Part shown: piece after piece, positions 1-8,630 of the stretch
Numbering within the stretch: position 1 is the stretch's first letter
Layout of the letters: each line of letters starts with the position of its first letter
NCBI GenBank assembly: GCA_044224875.1
Contig: JBGAJQ010000079.1
Span: 1-21,929 of the forward strand
DNA from: Gemmatimonadaceae bacterium
GTDB taxonomy: Bacteria; Gemmatimonadota; Gemmatimonadetes; Gemmatimonadales; Gemmatimonadaceae
DNA length: 21,929 nucleotides
Reading direction: 5' to 3'
Program-made: the position numbers and the translations under genes
Notes under the pieces: model-generated
What the model saw: the letters and a program-made list of their open reading frames with translations, nothing else
Database searches by the model: none
What the model was told of the DNA's origin: nothing

Positions 1-161
1 GCGGCGGCAACGATTCCGGGTGCCAGCGCTGCCAAACGTTCAGCATCCAAGGTGCCCGTGGTGTGCCCGTCTATGAGCAGTCCATCGTGCCCCAGCACGA
101 CTGCGGCCTCGACGCCATCACGCTGCCCGATGGCGGCTACCAGCTCGCGAATCGTCGGCAT
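1..161 (-). CDS. Roadblock/LC7 domain protein (MglB-like), 5' part; runs off the left edge
   Basis: Not in the ORF track. My translation of the minus strand from ATG at 161 gives MPTIRELVAAIGQRDGVEAAVVLGHDGLLIDGHTTGTLDAERLAALAPGIVAA..., with the roadblock pattern GVxxAxxxxxDGLxI...ExLAAL. A GGAG Shine-Dalgarno lies just upstream. Confidence 0.85.
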   Translation of the reverse strand, partial: MPTIRELVAAIGQRDGVEAAVVLGHDGLLIDGHTTGTLDAERLAALAPGIVAA

Positions 162-188
162 TCCGGCTCCGGTGGAAAAGTCGTGCGA

Positions 189-216
189 AGCATAACGGGC
201 ACTACTATTAAGTCAA
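189..216 (-). promoter_or_regulatory. Putative sigma70 promoter for the roadblock gene
   Basis: The minus strand reads TTGACT-N16-TATGCT (-35 at 216-211, -10 at 194-189), about 30 nt upstream of the ATG at 161. Confidence 0.6.
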
Positions 217-226
217 GCACAATCGC

Positions 227-255
227 TTGAAGTCTCATGTGTTACGGGGTACTCT
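227..255 (+). promoter_or_regulatory. Putative sigma70 promoter for the lipoprotein-serS-...-gatB operon
   Basis: TTGAAG (227-232)-N17-TACTCT (250-255); the predicted start site falls near 261, at the GTG codon. Confidence 0.55.
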
Positions 256-260
256 ACGCG

Positions 261-860
261 GTGATTGCTCAGCTCAACAAGACCAGATTTCTGGCGCGAT
301 GCCTAGCTCCAATCCTGAGTGTTTGCACGCTCGGGATGGCGGTCGCTTGTAGCGACCCCTTCGCCGCCAAGGCGACCATCGCCGTTCAGACCGACACGCT
401 CATCGCGTATTCACTGTCCGGAACGCCGCCGGAATTTCCGTCGGGGCTCAATACGGCCTTTCGAAGCGTCGTGCGTGTAGACGCCACGCACAACTACGAT
501 GTGGCCTTCGATCTCGACACTCAGGGACAGGTTCGCGTCATTCCCGTGAAGCTCATGGGCGGGCTGGTGACGACGTCCCGACGCGTTGGGGTGCAAAAGG
601 CCACCGTGTCATACGACGCACTCACCAAGGCGCCCAACACGGGCTACACCTACGACTCGGTGACTGTGATCCGGCCTGGCGATACCGCCGTGCTGGAGGT
701 GACGAGTGCTGATCAGTGTTCGTTCTCGCTTTCGGCCCTCATCTACAGCAAGATTGTCGTCGACAGCGTGAAAAGCGCGACCCGAGAGATCTTCTTCCGC
801 ACCACTCACGATCCCAACTGCGGATTCCGCTCGTTTCTGCCGGGCGTTCCCAAGAACTGA
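261..860 (+). CDS. Uncharacterised lipoprotein, possibly HmuY-like beta fold
   Basis: The ORF track gives 237..860, but GTG at 261 is preferred because the ATG at 237 lies inside the promoter spacer. A basic n-region and hydrophobic stretch end in a lipobox-like AVAC (Cys codon 348-350). The body is beta-rich, with YDVAFD and YSKIVV motifs. Confidence 0.7.
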   Translation: MIAQLNKTRFLARCLAPILSVCTLGMAVACSDPFAAKATIAVQTDTLIAYSLSGTPPEFPSGLNTAFRSVVRVDATHNYDVAFDLDTQGQVRVIPVKLMGGLVTTSRRVGVQKATVSYDALTKAPNTGYTYDSVTVIRPGDTAVLEVTSADQCSFSLSALIYSKIVVDSVKSATREIFFRTTHDPNCGFRSFLPGVPKN

Positions 861-862
861 CC

Positions 863-2137
863 ATGCACGATTTGCGAGTCTTTCGCGAGCAGCTGGATCA
901 GCTGCGCGAAGGGATGCGCCGACGACAAAAGCTCGATGCCACCGCTCCGATCATCGACCGCGGTGTCGCGCTCGATGTCGAGCGACGCGCCATGATCCAG
1001 GCTGTCGAGGAACGGAAGGCCGCGCGGAACGTGAACACGCAGGAGGTGGCGCGTCGCAAGAAAGCGAAGGAGAGTGCGGACGAACTCATCGCGGCTGGGC
1101 GGTCGTTAGGCGAGGAAATCGCGCGGCTGGAGTCGGAGCTGGCGGCGTCCGAAGGAGAACTTCAGCGCATCCTGCTCGACCTTCCGAACGTGACGCTCCC
1201 GGAACTCCCGGAAGGCGGCGAGGAGGCGAACCGGGTCGAGAAGACGTGGGGAACCCCGCGCCCGTCGGAAGGGGTCAAGCCGCATTGGGAAATCGGCGAA
1301 GCGTTGGGGATCATCGACCTGGCACGTGGTGCCAAGGTCGCGGGTTCCGGCTTCATCGTTTTTCGCGGCCTCGGCGCGCGGCTCACCAGGGCGATGATGA
1401 ATCTCTTCATCGATACCCACGTCCGCGAACATGGCTACGAGGAAGTCTGGGTACCCGTCGTGGCCAACCGGGCGACGATGACCGGGACGTCGCAGCTGCC
1501 GAAGTTTGAGGACGACATGTACGCGCTGAAGGACGAGGACATGTTCCTTGTGCCGACGGCCGAAGTGCCCGTCACCAATCTCTATCGTGAGGAGATTGTT
1601 GACGCGTCGTTCCTGCCGCATGGCTTTGTAGCGTACACGCCCTGCTTCCGCCGCGAGGCAGGGGCCGCCGGCAAGGACACGCGCGGCCTGCTCAGGGTCC
1701 ATGAGTTCGACAAGGTCGAAATCGTCCGCTATTGCACACCGGAGTCATCACCGGAGCAGCACGAGCTCCTCACGCGACACGCAGAGACCTTGCTGGAGCG
1801 GCTCGGACTTCCCTATCGTCGCACCTTGCTTGCGGCTGGCGATACCGGATTCGCCTCGGCCAAGACGTGGGACCTGGAGTGCTGGGCAGCGGGGGTCGGG
1901 AAGTGGTTGGAGGTGTCGTCATGCAGCACCTTCACCGACTTCCAGGCGCGACGGGCCAGCATCCGCTATCGCCCGGCCCCCGGCGAGAAGCCGCGCTTCA
2001 TCCACACGCTGAACGGGTCTGGGCTGGCATTTCCGCGCGTGATCGCCTGTTTGCTGGAGCACTACCAGCAACCGGATGGCAGTGTGCAGGTGCCGGACGT
2101 GTTGAAGCCGTATCTCGGCGTCGACATCCTGCGTTAG
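863..2137 (+). CDS. serS: Serine--tRNA ligase
   Basis: Starts MHDLRVFRE at ATG 863 (the ORF-track start at 716 overlaps the upstream gene). It has the N-terminal coiled coil, LVPTAEVP, motif 2 CFRREAG...GLLRVHEFDKVE, EVSSCS and HTLNGSGLA; 424 aa. Confidence 0.98.
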   Translation: MHDLRVFREQLDQLREGMRRRQKLDATAPIIDRGVALDVERRAMIQAVEERKAARNVNTQEVARRKKAKESADELIAAGRSLGEEIARLESELAASEGELQRILLDLPNVTLPELPEGGEEANRVEKTWGTPRPSEGVKPHWEIGEALGIIDLARGAKVAGSGFIVFRGLGARLTRAMMNLFIDTHVREHGYEEVWVPVVANRATMTGTSQLPKFEDDMYALKDEDMFLVPTAEVPVTNLYREEIVDASFLPHGFVAYTPCFRREAGAAGKDTRGLLRVHEFDKVEIVRYCTPESSPEQHELLTRHAETLLERLGLPYRRTLLAAGDTGFASAKTWDLECWAAGVGKWLEVSSCSTFTDFQARRASIRYRPAPGEKPRFIHTLNGSGLAFPRVIACLLEHYQQPDGSVQVPDVLKPYLGVDILR

Positions 2138-2140
2138 GCG

Positions 2141-3277
2141 ATGCGCCGCGGCGCGGGGGCAATCGTCGCTGTCGGCGTCCTCACCCTCCTGACGTCGTAC
2201 GTCGTCTACACCCAGCGCGTCGTCCGGGAGTTGCGCACGGAGGCGGCTCGCATTGGGCAGATGTACGCGCGAGTGTATTCCGCCATCAGTGATTCAGCGA
2301 CGGATCCCGCCGTGGCACTGTTCGACCTGGCGACCAGCATCCGTGCGTCCGGTGTGCCCGTCATCCTCACCGACGTCCGCGGCCAACCGACCGCGGCCGA
2401 AAACCTTCCGTTCAAGGCGCCCCTCGAGGACCCTCGCGTGCGGTCCTACGTGTCGGTGCTCGATGCCGAGAACGACCCGGTGGTCATGCCGAACATCGGT
2501 ACGGTGCACTACGGGCACACGGCGTTGATCCGAGGACTACGTATCATCCCGGCGGCGCAGGTGGCCATCCTCCTTCTCCTGCTCTGGGCGGGAATCTATG
2601 CGTTGCGAATTCGCGGGACGGCTGAACGCGAGCGGGTGTGGGCGGGCATGGCCCGCGAGTCCGCACACCAGTTAGGAACCCCGCTGTCGTCCTTAAGTGG
2701 GTGGATCGAGCTACTGCGCGAGCGAACCGACGATCCCATGTCGCAGCAGGCGACCTCGCACATGGAAATGGACTTGCGGCGCCTCGAGCGTGTCGCGCAT
2801 CGCTTCGAACGCATTGGTCGGCCGCCGCAGCGAGACAGCGTGGTGTTGGCGAAAGTGGTAAATGACGTCGCCGGTTACTTCCGAGCTCGCGTGCCCACGC
2901 TCGCCCACACCGTACGGATTGACACTGAGGTGGTCGGCCTCCCAACGGTTCGTGGTGACGCCGTGCTCATGGAGTGGGCGGTGGAGTCCCTGTTGAAGAA
3001 TGCCATCGACGCGTTGGCGGGACGCGGCGGCGTCGTAACCGTGCGCGCCGTCGAACTTCCCGAAGGGGCGGTGGTGCTTACCGTCGCCGACGACGGGCCG
3101 GGCATTCCCCGCGAGCTACGCAAGCGCGTGTTCGAACCGGGCTTCACCACCAAGCAAGGCGGGTGGGGAGTCGGTCTCGCGCTCACCAAGCGAATCGCCG
3201 AAGAAGCGCACGGCGGTAAGTTGGCACTGATTCCCACCGAGAAGGGCGCGACGTTCCAGATTACCTTTCCGGCATGA
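2141..3277 (+). CDS. Membrane sensor histidine kinase (HisKA/HATPase_c), orphan
   Basis: Two hydrophobic helices flank a short extracytoplasmic domain. H-box ESAHQLGTPLSSL, N-box LLKNAIDA, G1 DDGPGI, F-box FEPGFTTK, G2 GWGVGL. Confidence 0.93.
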   Translation: MRRGAGAIVAVGVLTLLTSYVVYTQRVVRELRTEAARIGQMYARVYSAISDSATDPAVALFDLATSIRASGVPVILTDVRGQPTAAENLPFKAPLEDPRVRSYVSVLDAENDPVVMPNIGTVHYGHTALIRGLRIIPAAQVAILLLLLWAGIYALRIRGTAERERVWAGMARESAHQLGTPLSSLSGWIELLRERTDDPMSQQATSHMEMDLRRLERVAHRFERIGRPPQRDSVVLAKVVNDVAGYFRARVPTLAHTVRIDTEVVGLPTVRGDAVLMEWAVESLLKNAIDALAGRGGVVTVRAVELPEGAVVLTVADDGPGIPRELRKRVFEPGFTTKQGGWGVGLALTKRIAEEAHGGKLALIPTEKGATFQITFPA

Positions 3278-5535
3278 CGGATGTCCTCAACGCGCCTCCT
3301 CGCTATCTCGAACGGCTGAATCCCGCGCAACGCGAGGCGGTCCTTCATACCGAAGGACCGCTGCTGGTGCTGGCAGGTGCCGGGTCCGGCAAGACGCGCG
3401 TGCTCACCACACGCATTACCCACCTCGTGCATGGTCATGGTGTGGAGCCGAGGCACATCCTGGCGGTGACGTTCACCAACAAGGCCGCCGGGGAAATGCG
3501 CGAGCGCATCGCGCAGTTGTTAGGCAGCGAGCCCGCTGGCATGTGGGTGGGGACGTTCCACGCCATTGGCGCGCGCCTGCTCCGAATCCATGCGCCGTTG
3601 GCTGGTCGCACGTCGGCCTATACCATCTACGACGAAGACGACACGCTGGGCGCCGTCAAGCGCTCCATGGAGCGTTTGCGCATTTCGCACAAGGACCATG
3701 CCCCGCAGGCGATCCTGTCGTCGATCTCGGCGGCCAAGAACGCGCTCGTGTCCGTGGACGAATACGAGTCGCTGGCCCGGGACCCCCACGCGAAGATCGT
3801 TGCGCCTGTCTACCGTGAGCTTGAACGAACGCTGCGCGAATCGAACGCGGTCACATTTGACGATCTGTTGACCATACCGGTCGACCTGTTGACGCGGCAT
3901 CCGGAATTGCTTCAGCAGTACCAGCGCCGCTTCCGGTATTTGCTGGTCGACGAGTACCAGGACACCAACCGCGCCCAATATCGGTTCATTTCGCTGCTCG
4001 GCGGTGCCCACGGCAACGTGGCGGTTGTCGGTGATGACGATCAGTCGATCTACGGATGGCGCGGGGCTGACATCCGGAACATCCTGGACTTTGAGCACGA
4101 ATTCCCGGGTGCGGCAATCGTGCGCCTCGAGGAGAACTACCGATCATCGCCACAGATCTTGCAGCTGGCGAACGCCGCGATCCTTCCGAATCGTGACCGG
4201 CGCGGGAAGACGTTACGTGCCACGCGCTCCGGCGGTGAGCCAATCCGGATCGTCGCATGCCTGGACGAACGCGACGAGGCCGACTGGGTCATCGACGACG
4301 TCCAGACACGCCGCTTCTCGGGCCGCACGAGACCGTTGCGCGACTTTGCGATCCTGTATCGCACCAACTCTCAGAGTCGCGCGATGGAAGAGGCGCTCCG
4401 GCGGCACGGGGTCCCCTATCGCCTGATTGGCGCCACTCGCTTCTACGATCGCCGCGAGATTCGCGACCTGATGAGCTACTTGAAGCTGATCGCGAATCCA
4501 CGTGATGATGAGGCCTTTCGACGCGCCATCGCGGTCCCGCGACGTGGAGTCGGCGACACGTCGATTGAAATGCTCGCAAACCTGGCGACGGCGCAGGGTG
4601 TGCCGCTGTTGGTCGCTGCCACACGGGGGGACATCGTCGGTGGGATGCGACCGGCCGCTCGCACGGCGCTCGCCGAGTTCAGTGCGCTCATCGAGCGACT
4701 ACGCGCCAAGGCGGCCGATGCCACGGTGGACGAGATCCTCCGCGACTTGCTCGCCGCCATTCGCTACGACGAACACCTCAAGGCGGAGGGTCCGGACGCC
4801 GCAGACCGACTGGACAACGTGCGTGAACTCGTCGCTTCTGCGGCGGAAACCGTTCAGGACGATGGGGGCGAAGTGGGCCTGACACCGCTCGACCACTTCC
4901 TGCAGCGAGCCACACTCATCGCGGGCGTGGATGCGCTGGACCCGAATGCTGACGCGGTGCTGCTGATGACGCTACACAATGCCAAGGGGCTGGAGTTTCC
5001 CGTGGTGTACCTGACGGGGCTGGAAGAGGGGCTCTTTCCGCTCTCCCGGGCGCGCGATGACGAGTCGCAGCTGGAGGAGGAGCGGCGGCTGTTCTACGTC
5101 GGCATCACCAGGGCCGAAGACGCCTTGACCCTCACCCACGCGCGGACGAGGCGCCGAAATGGTGAGTTGCTGCCGTCCATGGCGTCATCGTTCCTGCGCG
5201 ACTTGCCACGTGCGTTGTATGAGGAACGTTCGAGCCCTCGACTTCGAGCCAGTGGGCGCAGCTTCGACCATCCGACGGCCGCCGAGCGCCGTCCTGGGTC
5301 GTTTGTGGACCGTCCGCGCGCTTCCAGTTTTGCACCCGAAATGGAGTCGCAGGACGCACCGCGCTATGTGAAGGGCGAACGGGTCAAGCACGCCAAGTTC
5401 GGCCCCGGGACCATTGCGGAACTCTCAGGAGCCGGCAAGGAGACCAAGGTCACGATCGACTTCGACGATGAGGAAATCGGACGCAAGCGACTGGTGGTTG
5501 CCTACGCCGCGTTGGAACGGGATTGGGAGACATGA
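3274..5535 (+). CDS. pcrA: ATP-dependent DNA helicase PcrA/UvrD (SF1A)
   Basis: LNPAQ Q-motif, Walker A AGAGSGKT, TFTNKAA, DEYQD, VGDDDQSIYGWRGA, NYRS, TLHNAKGLEF, EERRLFYVGITRA, and a C-terminal Tudor-like domain (RVKHAKFGPG). Confidence 0.96.
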   Translation: MTDVLNAPPRYLERLNPAQREAVLHTEGPLLVLAGAGSGKTRVLTTRITHLVHGHGVEPRHILAVTFTNKAAGEMRERIAQLLGSEPAGMWVGTFHAIGARLLRIHAPLAGRTSAYTIYDEDDTLGAVKRSMERLRISHKDHAPQAILSSISAAKNALVSVDEYESLARDPHAKIVAPVYRELERTLRESNAVTFDDLLTIPVDLLTRHPELLQQYQRRFRYLLVDEYQDTNRAQYRFISLLGGAHGNVAVVGDDDQSIYGWRGADIRNILDFEHEFPGAAIVRLEENYRSSPQILQLANAAILPNRDRRGKTLRATRSGGEPIRIVACLDERDEADWVIDDVQTRRFSGRTRPLRDFAILYRTNSQSRAMEEALRRHGVPYRLIGATRFYDRREIRDLMSYLKLIANPRDDEAFRRAIAVPRRGVGDTSIEMLANLATAQGVPLLVAATRGDIVGGMRPAARTALAEFSALIERLRAKAADATVDEILRDLLAAIRYDEHLKAEGPDAADRLDNVRELVASAAETVQDDGGEVGLTPLDHFLQRATLIAGVDALDPNADAVLLMTLHNAKGLEFPVVYLTGLEEGLFPLSRARDDESQLEEERRLFYVGITRAEDALTLTHARTRRRNGELLPSMASSFLRDLPRALYEERSSPRLRASGRSFDHPTAAERRPGSFVDRPRASSFAPEMESQDAPRYVKGERVKHAKFGPGTIAELSGAGKETKVTIDFDDEEIGRKRLVVAYAALERDWET

Positions 5536-5843
5536 GCGTTTCGCGTGAGGACGTTCGCAAGGTGGCTGGCCTCGCCAGACTCGGTGTGTCCGACCGCGAG
5601 GTGGAGTCGCTGACACACGAACTCAACGGGATACTTGCCCACATGGACGCGCTGTCGGCGGTGGACACGCGTCACGTCGAGCGGTCACGCGACGTTTCGA
5701 CGGAGGATTCCGCGTTGCGTCCTGACGAGGGACCGTCCGTTGAGCTGCAACGCCCGCTGGAGGCGTTTGCGCCGGCGACGCGCGATGGCTTCTTCCTCGT
5801 GCCGCGACTGGATTCCCACGACGACGCGGGATCCGCCGCATGA
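5532..5843 (+). CDS. gatC: Asp-tRNA(Asn)/Glu-tRNA(Gln) amidotransferase subunit C
   Basis: MSVSREDVRKVAGLARL...LRPD...FFLVPRL is the GatC pattern. ATG 5532 overlaps the pcrA stop (ATGA) and the gene directly precedes gatA. Confidence 0.93.
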   Translation: MSVSREDVRKVAGLARLGVSDREVESLTHELNGILAHMDALSAVDTRHVERSRDVSTEDSALRPDEGPSVELQRPLEAFAPATRDGFFLVPRLDSHDDAGSAA

Positions 5844-7162
5844 TGGACGCCCGCGAGCCCCAGGATCCGTCAGCGGTGCAGCTGGCGAAGGGAGTGCGTG
5901 AGGGGCGGCTCCGTGCGGTGGACCTCGTCGAGCATGCCTTCATTCGGTCGGATGCCGTCGGTGCCGGGCGCGATGGGCTTCACACCACCCTCTGGGAAGA
6001 TCGCTCGTGGTCGCGCGCGGAAGCCGCCGCGTTGGACGTCGCACCAGATCGCCGGTCCCGACCCATGGCCGGTGTACCCGTCATGGTGAAGGACAACCTC
6101 GCGACATTGCATCTGCCGACGAGTTGCGGCTCACGGGTACTCGAAGGCTATGTGAGTCCTTTCGAGGCCACCGCCGTCGCGCGCCTGCGCGCTGCCGGCG
6201 CCATCCTCGTCGGCAAGACGAACATGGACGAGTTCGCGATGGGCTCCTCCACCGAGCACAGCGCCTACGGGCCCACGCGAAATCCGCACGACCGCTCTCG
6301 GGTACCAGGCGGTTCCTCTGGTGGTTCCGCGGCGGCCGTTGCTGCCGGCATCGTGCCGGTGGCGCTCGGATCGGAAACGGGAGGCTCCGTCCGTCAACCA
6401 GCGGCATTCTGCGGAGTGGTTGGCATCAAACCCACCTACGGTCGCGTGAGCCGTTATGGGTTGGTGGCCTTTGCGTCGTCGCTCGATCACGTGGGAGTGT
6501 TTGGCCGCACGGTGGACGATGCGGCCATGGGACTGGAGGCGATCGCTGGAGTAGACGCCCTCGACGCAACCAGTGTCAATCGACCAGTGCCGGACTTCCG
6601 CCGCGCCAAGGATCAGTCGCTGGCTGGGCTGGTCATCGGCCGGCCGCGCGAGTACTTCCCGGACGGCTTGCACCCTGGCATTCGCGATCACTGCGACCAC
6701 GCCCTCGACAGGTTGCAGTCGTTAGGTGCAGAAGTGCGCGACGTGTCGTTGCCGCACACCGACCTCGGCATCCCCGTGTATTACATCGTTGCTCCTGCCG
6801 AGGCCTCATCGAACCTGTCCCGATTCGACGGAGCGCGGTACGGAGCGCGCCATGGCGACGCGAACCTCCGCGAGATGTACGAAGCCACACGCTCGCGCGG
6901 CTTTGGCGCTGAAGTGAAGCGGCGCATTCTCACCCCAGCATTCAAGATCGGCGCGATCTCCGATCCGTACGAGATGTACCTCAGCGACATCTTCACCGTC
7001 ACCGCGAACCTCACGGGAGTCCCGGCCATGTCCGTACCGATCGGCAAGGTGGAGGGACTACCGGTCGGCGGACAGTTCATGGCGGCGTCGTTTGATGAGC
7101 AACGCATGCTCGTGGCCGCCTACGCCTTGGAACGCGCACTCGCCGCGGAGAGTCGCGGGTGA
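5840..7162 (+). CDS. gatA: Amidotransferase subunit A (glutaminase) with an apparent internal in-frame deletion of about 45 aa; possibly non-functional or misassembled
   Basis: Amidase signature KDN, GKTNMDEFAMGSSTE, PGGSSGGSAAA, GSETGGSVRQPA, YYIVAPAEASSNLSRFDG. Only 440 aa: GFGAEVKRRIL joins directly to TPAFKIG. Confidence 0.93.
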   Translation: MMDAREPQDPSAVQLAKGVREGRLRAVDLVEHAFIRSDAVGAGRDGLHTTLWEDRSWSRAEAAALDVAPDRRSRPMAGVPVMVKDNLATLHLPTSCGSRVLEGYVSPFEATAVARLRAAGAILVGKTNMDEFAMGSSTEHSAYGPTRNPHDRSRVPGGSSGGSAAAVAAGIVPVALGSETGGSVRQPAAFCGVVGIKPTYGRVSRYGLVAFASSLDHVGVFGRTVDDAAMGLEAIAGVDALDATSVNRPVPDFRRAKDQSLAGLVIGRPREYFPDGLHPGIRDHCDHALDRLQSLGAEVRDVSLPHTDLGIPVYYIVAPAEASSNLSRFDGARYGARHGDANLREMYEATRSRGFGAEVKRRILTPAFKIGAISDPYEMYLSDIFTVTANLTGVPAMSVPIGKVEGLPVGGQFMAASFDEQRMLVAAYALERALAAESRG

Positions 7163-8607
7163 GCGCCGATACGTGGGAGCTGGTGATTGGGCTGGAGGTG
7201 CATGTCCAGCTCAAGACGCAGACCAAGGTGTTCTGTTCATGCGCTACCACCTTTGGCGCACCGCCCAATGCCTTGACGTGTCCGGTCTGCCTTGGTTTGC
7301 CCGGCGCCCTGCCGGTACTGAACGCGCACGCGGTTGAGCTGGCGACTGCCGCGGCGTTGGCGCTCGGCTGTACGGTACACGAGCGGAGCGTGTTTGCCAG
7401 GAAGAACTACTTCTATCCGGACCTTCCCAAGGGCTACCAGATTTCGCAGTTCGACCAACCCCTCGCTACCGACGGCGCGGTGGTCGTGCAGGTCGGTGAC
7501 GACGCGCCACGCACCGTGCGCATTCTCCGGGTGCACATGGAGGAGGATGCTGGCAAGTCGGTGCACGACCGGTTTCCCGGGAATACCGCCATCGACCTCA
7601 ATCGCGCGGGCACGCCCTTGATCGAAATCGTGACGCATCCCGACTTCCGGCGCGCCGCCGAGGCCGGTGCGTTCCTTCGTCAGCTGAAACGCGCGATGGA
7701 GTACCTGCAGGTCAGCGACGCCAACATGGAGGAGGGCAGCCTGCGCGTCGACGCGAACGTCAGCGTCCGGCGCACGGGCGACCAGACGCTCGGCACGAAG
7801 ACGGAGATCAAGAACATGAACTCCTTCTCCAACGCCGAACGCGCGATCGACGTGGAGTTCGCGCGGCAGTGCCGGCTCCTCGAGCACGGCCATCGCATAC
7901 GACAGGAAACATTGCTGTGGGACGCAAACCGAAACGAGGTGCGTCCCGCCAGGTCAAAAGAGGAATCGCACGACTATCGGTATTTTCCGGATCCTGACCT
8001 CCCCGCGTTGATCCTCAGCGAGCAATGGATTGGCAGGCAGCGAGCGGCACTCCCGGAACTTCCGATGGCCCGCCGCGAGCGGTTTGTCGCATCGTACGGG
8101 CTCCCCGCGTATGATGCTGACGTGCTCACCGCCGAACGCGGGCTTGCCGACTACTACGAGGCCGTCGCGTTGGCGCACGGCGATGCGAAGGCCGCGGCCA
8201 ACTGGGTGATGGGCGAGGTGCAGTCGGTCCTGAACCACTCAGGGTTGGCGATCGAGCGATTCGTCGTGACGCCTGCGGACGTGGCGGCGTTGCTTGACAT
8301 GATTCGCGACGGTGTGGTATCGCACAGTGCCGGCAAGAAGATCTTCCTGCAGATGGTTGCAACTGGCGATCCGGCGCGAGCGATCGCCGATCGTGAGGGG
8401 CTGCTTCAAGTCAGTGATGACGACGCCCTGCAGGCCTGGGTGGATCAAGTCTGCCAGGAGAGCCCGGACGAGGTCCGTCGGTTGCAGGCGGGCGAGAACA
8501 AATTGCTGGGCGCGCTCGTGGGTCAGGTCATGAAGAAGTCCGGCGGACGCGCCGATCCACGGAAGGTGTCAGCCCTGCTCGCCGCGGTGGCGAAGGCTGC
8601 GCGTTAG
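7159..8607 (+). CDS. gatB: Amidotransferase subunit B
   Basis: IGLEVHVQL, CPVCLGLPGALP, RKNYFYPDLPKGYQISQ, HMEEDAGK, DLNRAGTPLIEIV, DYRYFPDPDL and a C-terminal YqeY-like domain. The GTG start overlaps the gatA stop. Confidence 0.98.
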   Translation: MSADTWELVIGLEVHVQLKTQTKVFCSCATTFGAPPNALTCPVCLGLPGALPVLNAHAVELATAAALALGCTVHERSVFARKNYFYPDLPKGYQISQFDQPLATDGAVVVQVGDDAPRTVRILRVHMEEDAGKSVHDRFPGNTAIDLNRAGTPLIEIVTHPDFRRAAEAGAFLRQLKRAMEYLQVSDANMEEGSLRVDANVSVRRTGDQTLGTKTEIKNMNSFSNAERAIDVEFARQCRLLEHGHRIRQETLLWDANRNEVRPARSKEESHDYRYFPDPDLPALILSEQWIGRQRAALPELPMARRERFVASYGLPAYDADVLTAERGLADYYEAVALAHGDAKAAANWVMGEVQSVLNHSGLAIERFVVTPADVAALLDMIRDGVVSHSAGKKIFLQMVATGDPARAIADREGLLQVSDDDALQAWVDQVCQESPDEVRRLQAGENKLLGALVGQVMKKSGGRADPRKVSALLAAVAKAAR

Positions 8608-8630
8608 GCGCTGCTCCCGAAGCACGGTCG

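Noticed and set aside
716..862. Apparent 49-aa N-terminal extension of SerRS
   Set aside because: It overlaps the lipoprotein gene in another frame; SerRS similarity begins at MHDL (863).
6007..6912. 301-aa alternative-frame ORF ending near the gatA lesion (possible frameshift explanation)
   Set aside because: It has no GatA-like sequence, and the missing GYYDAYY segment does not appear in the alternative-frame ORFs; the lesion is a deletion, not a frameshift.
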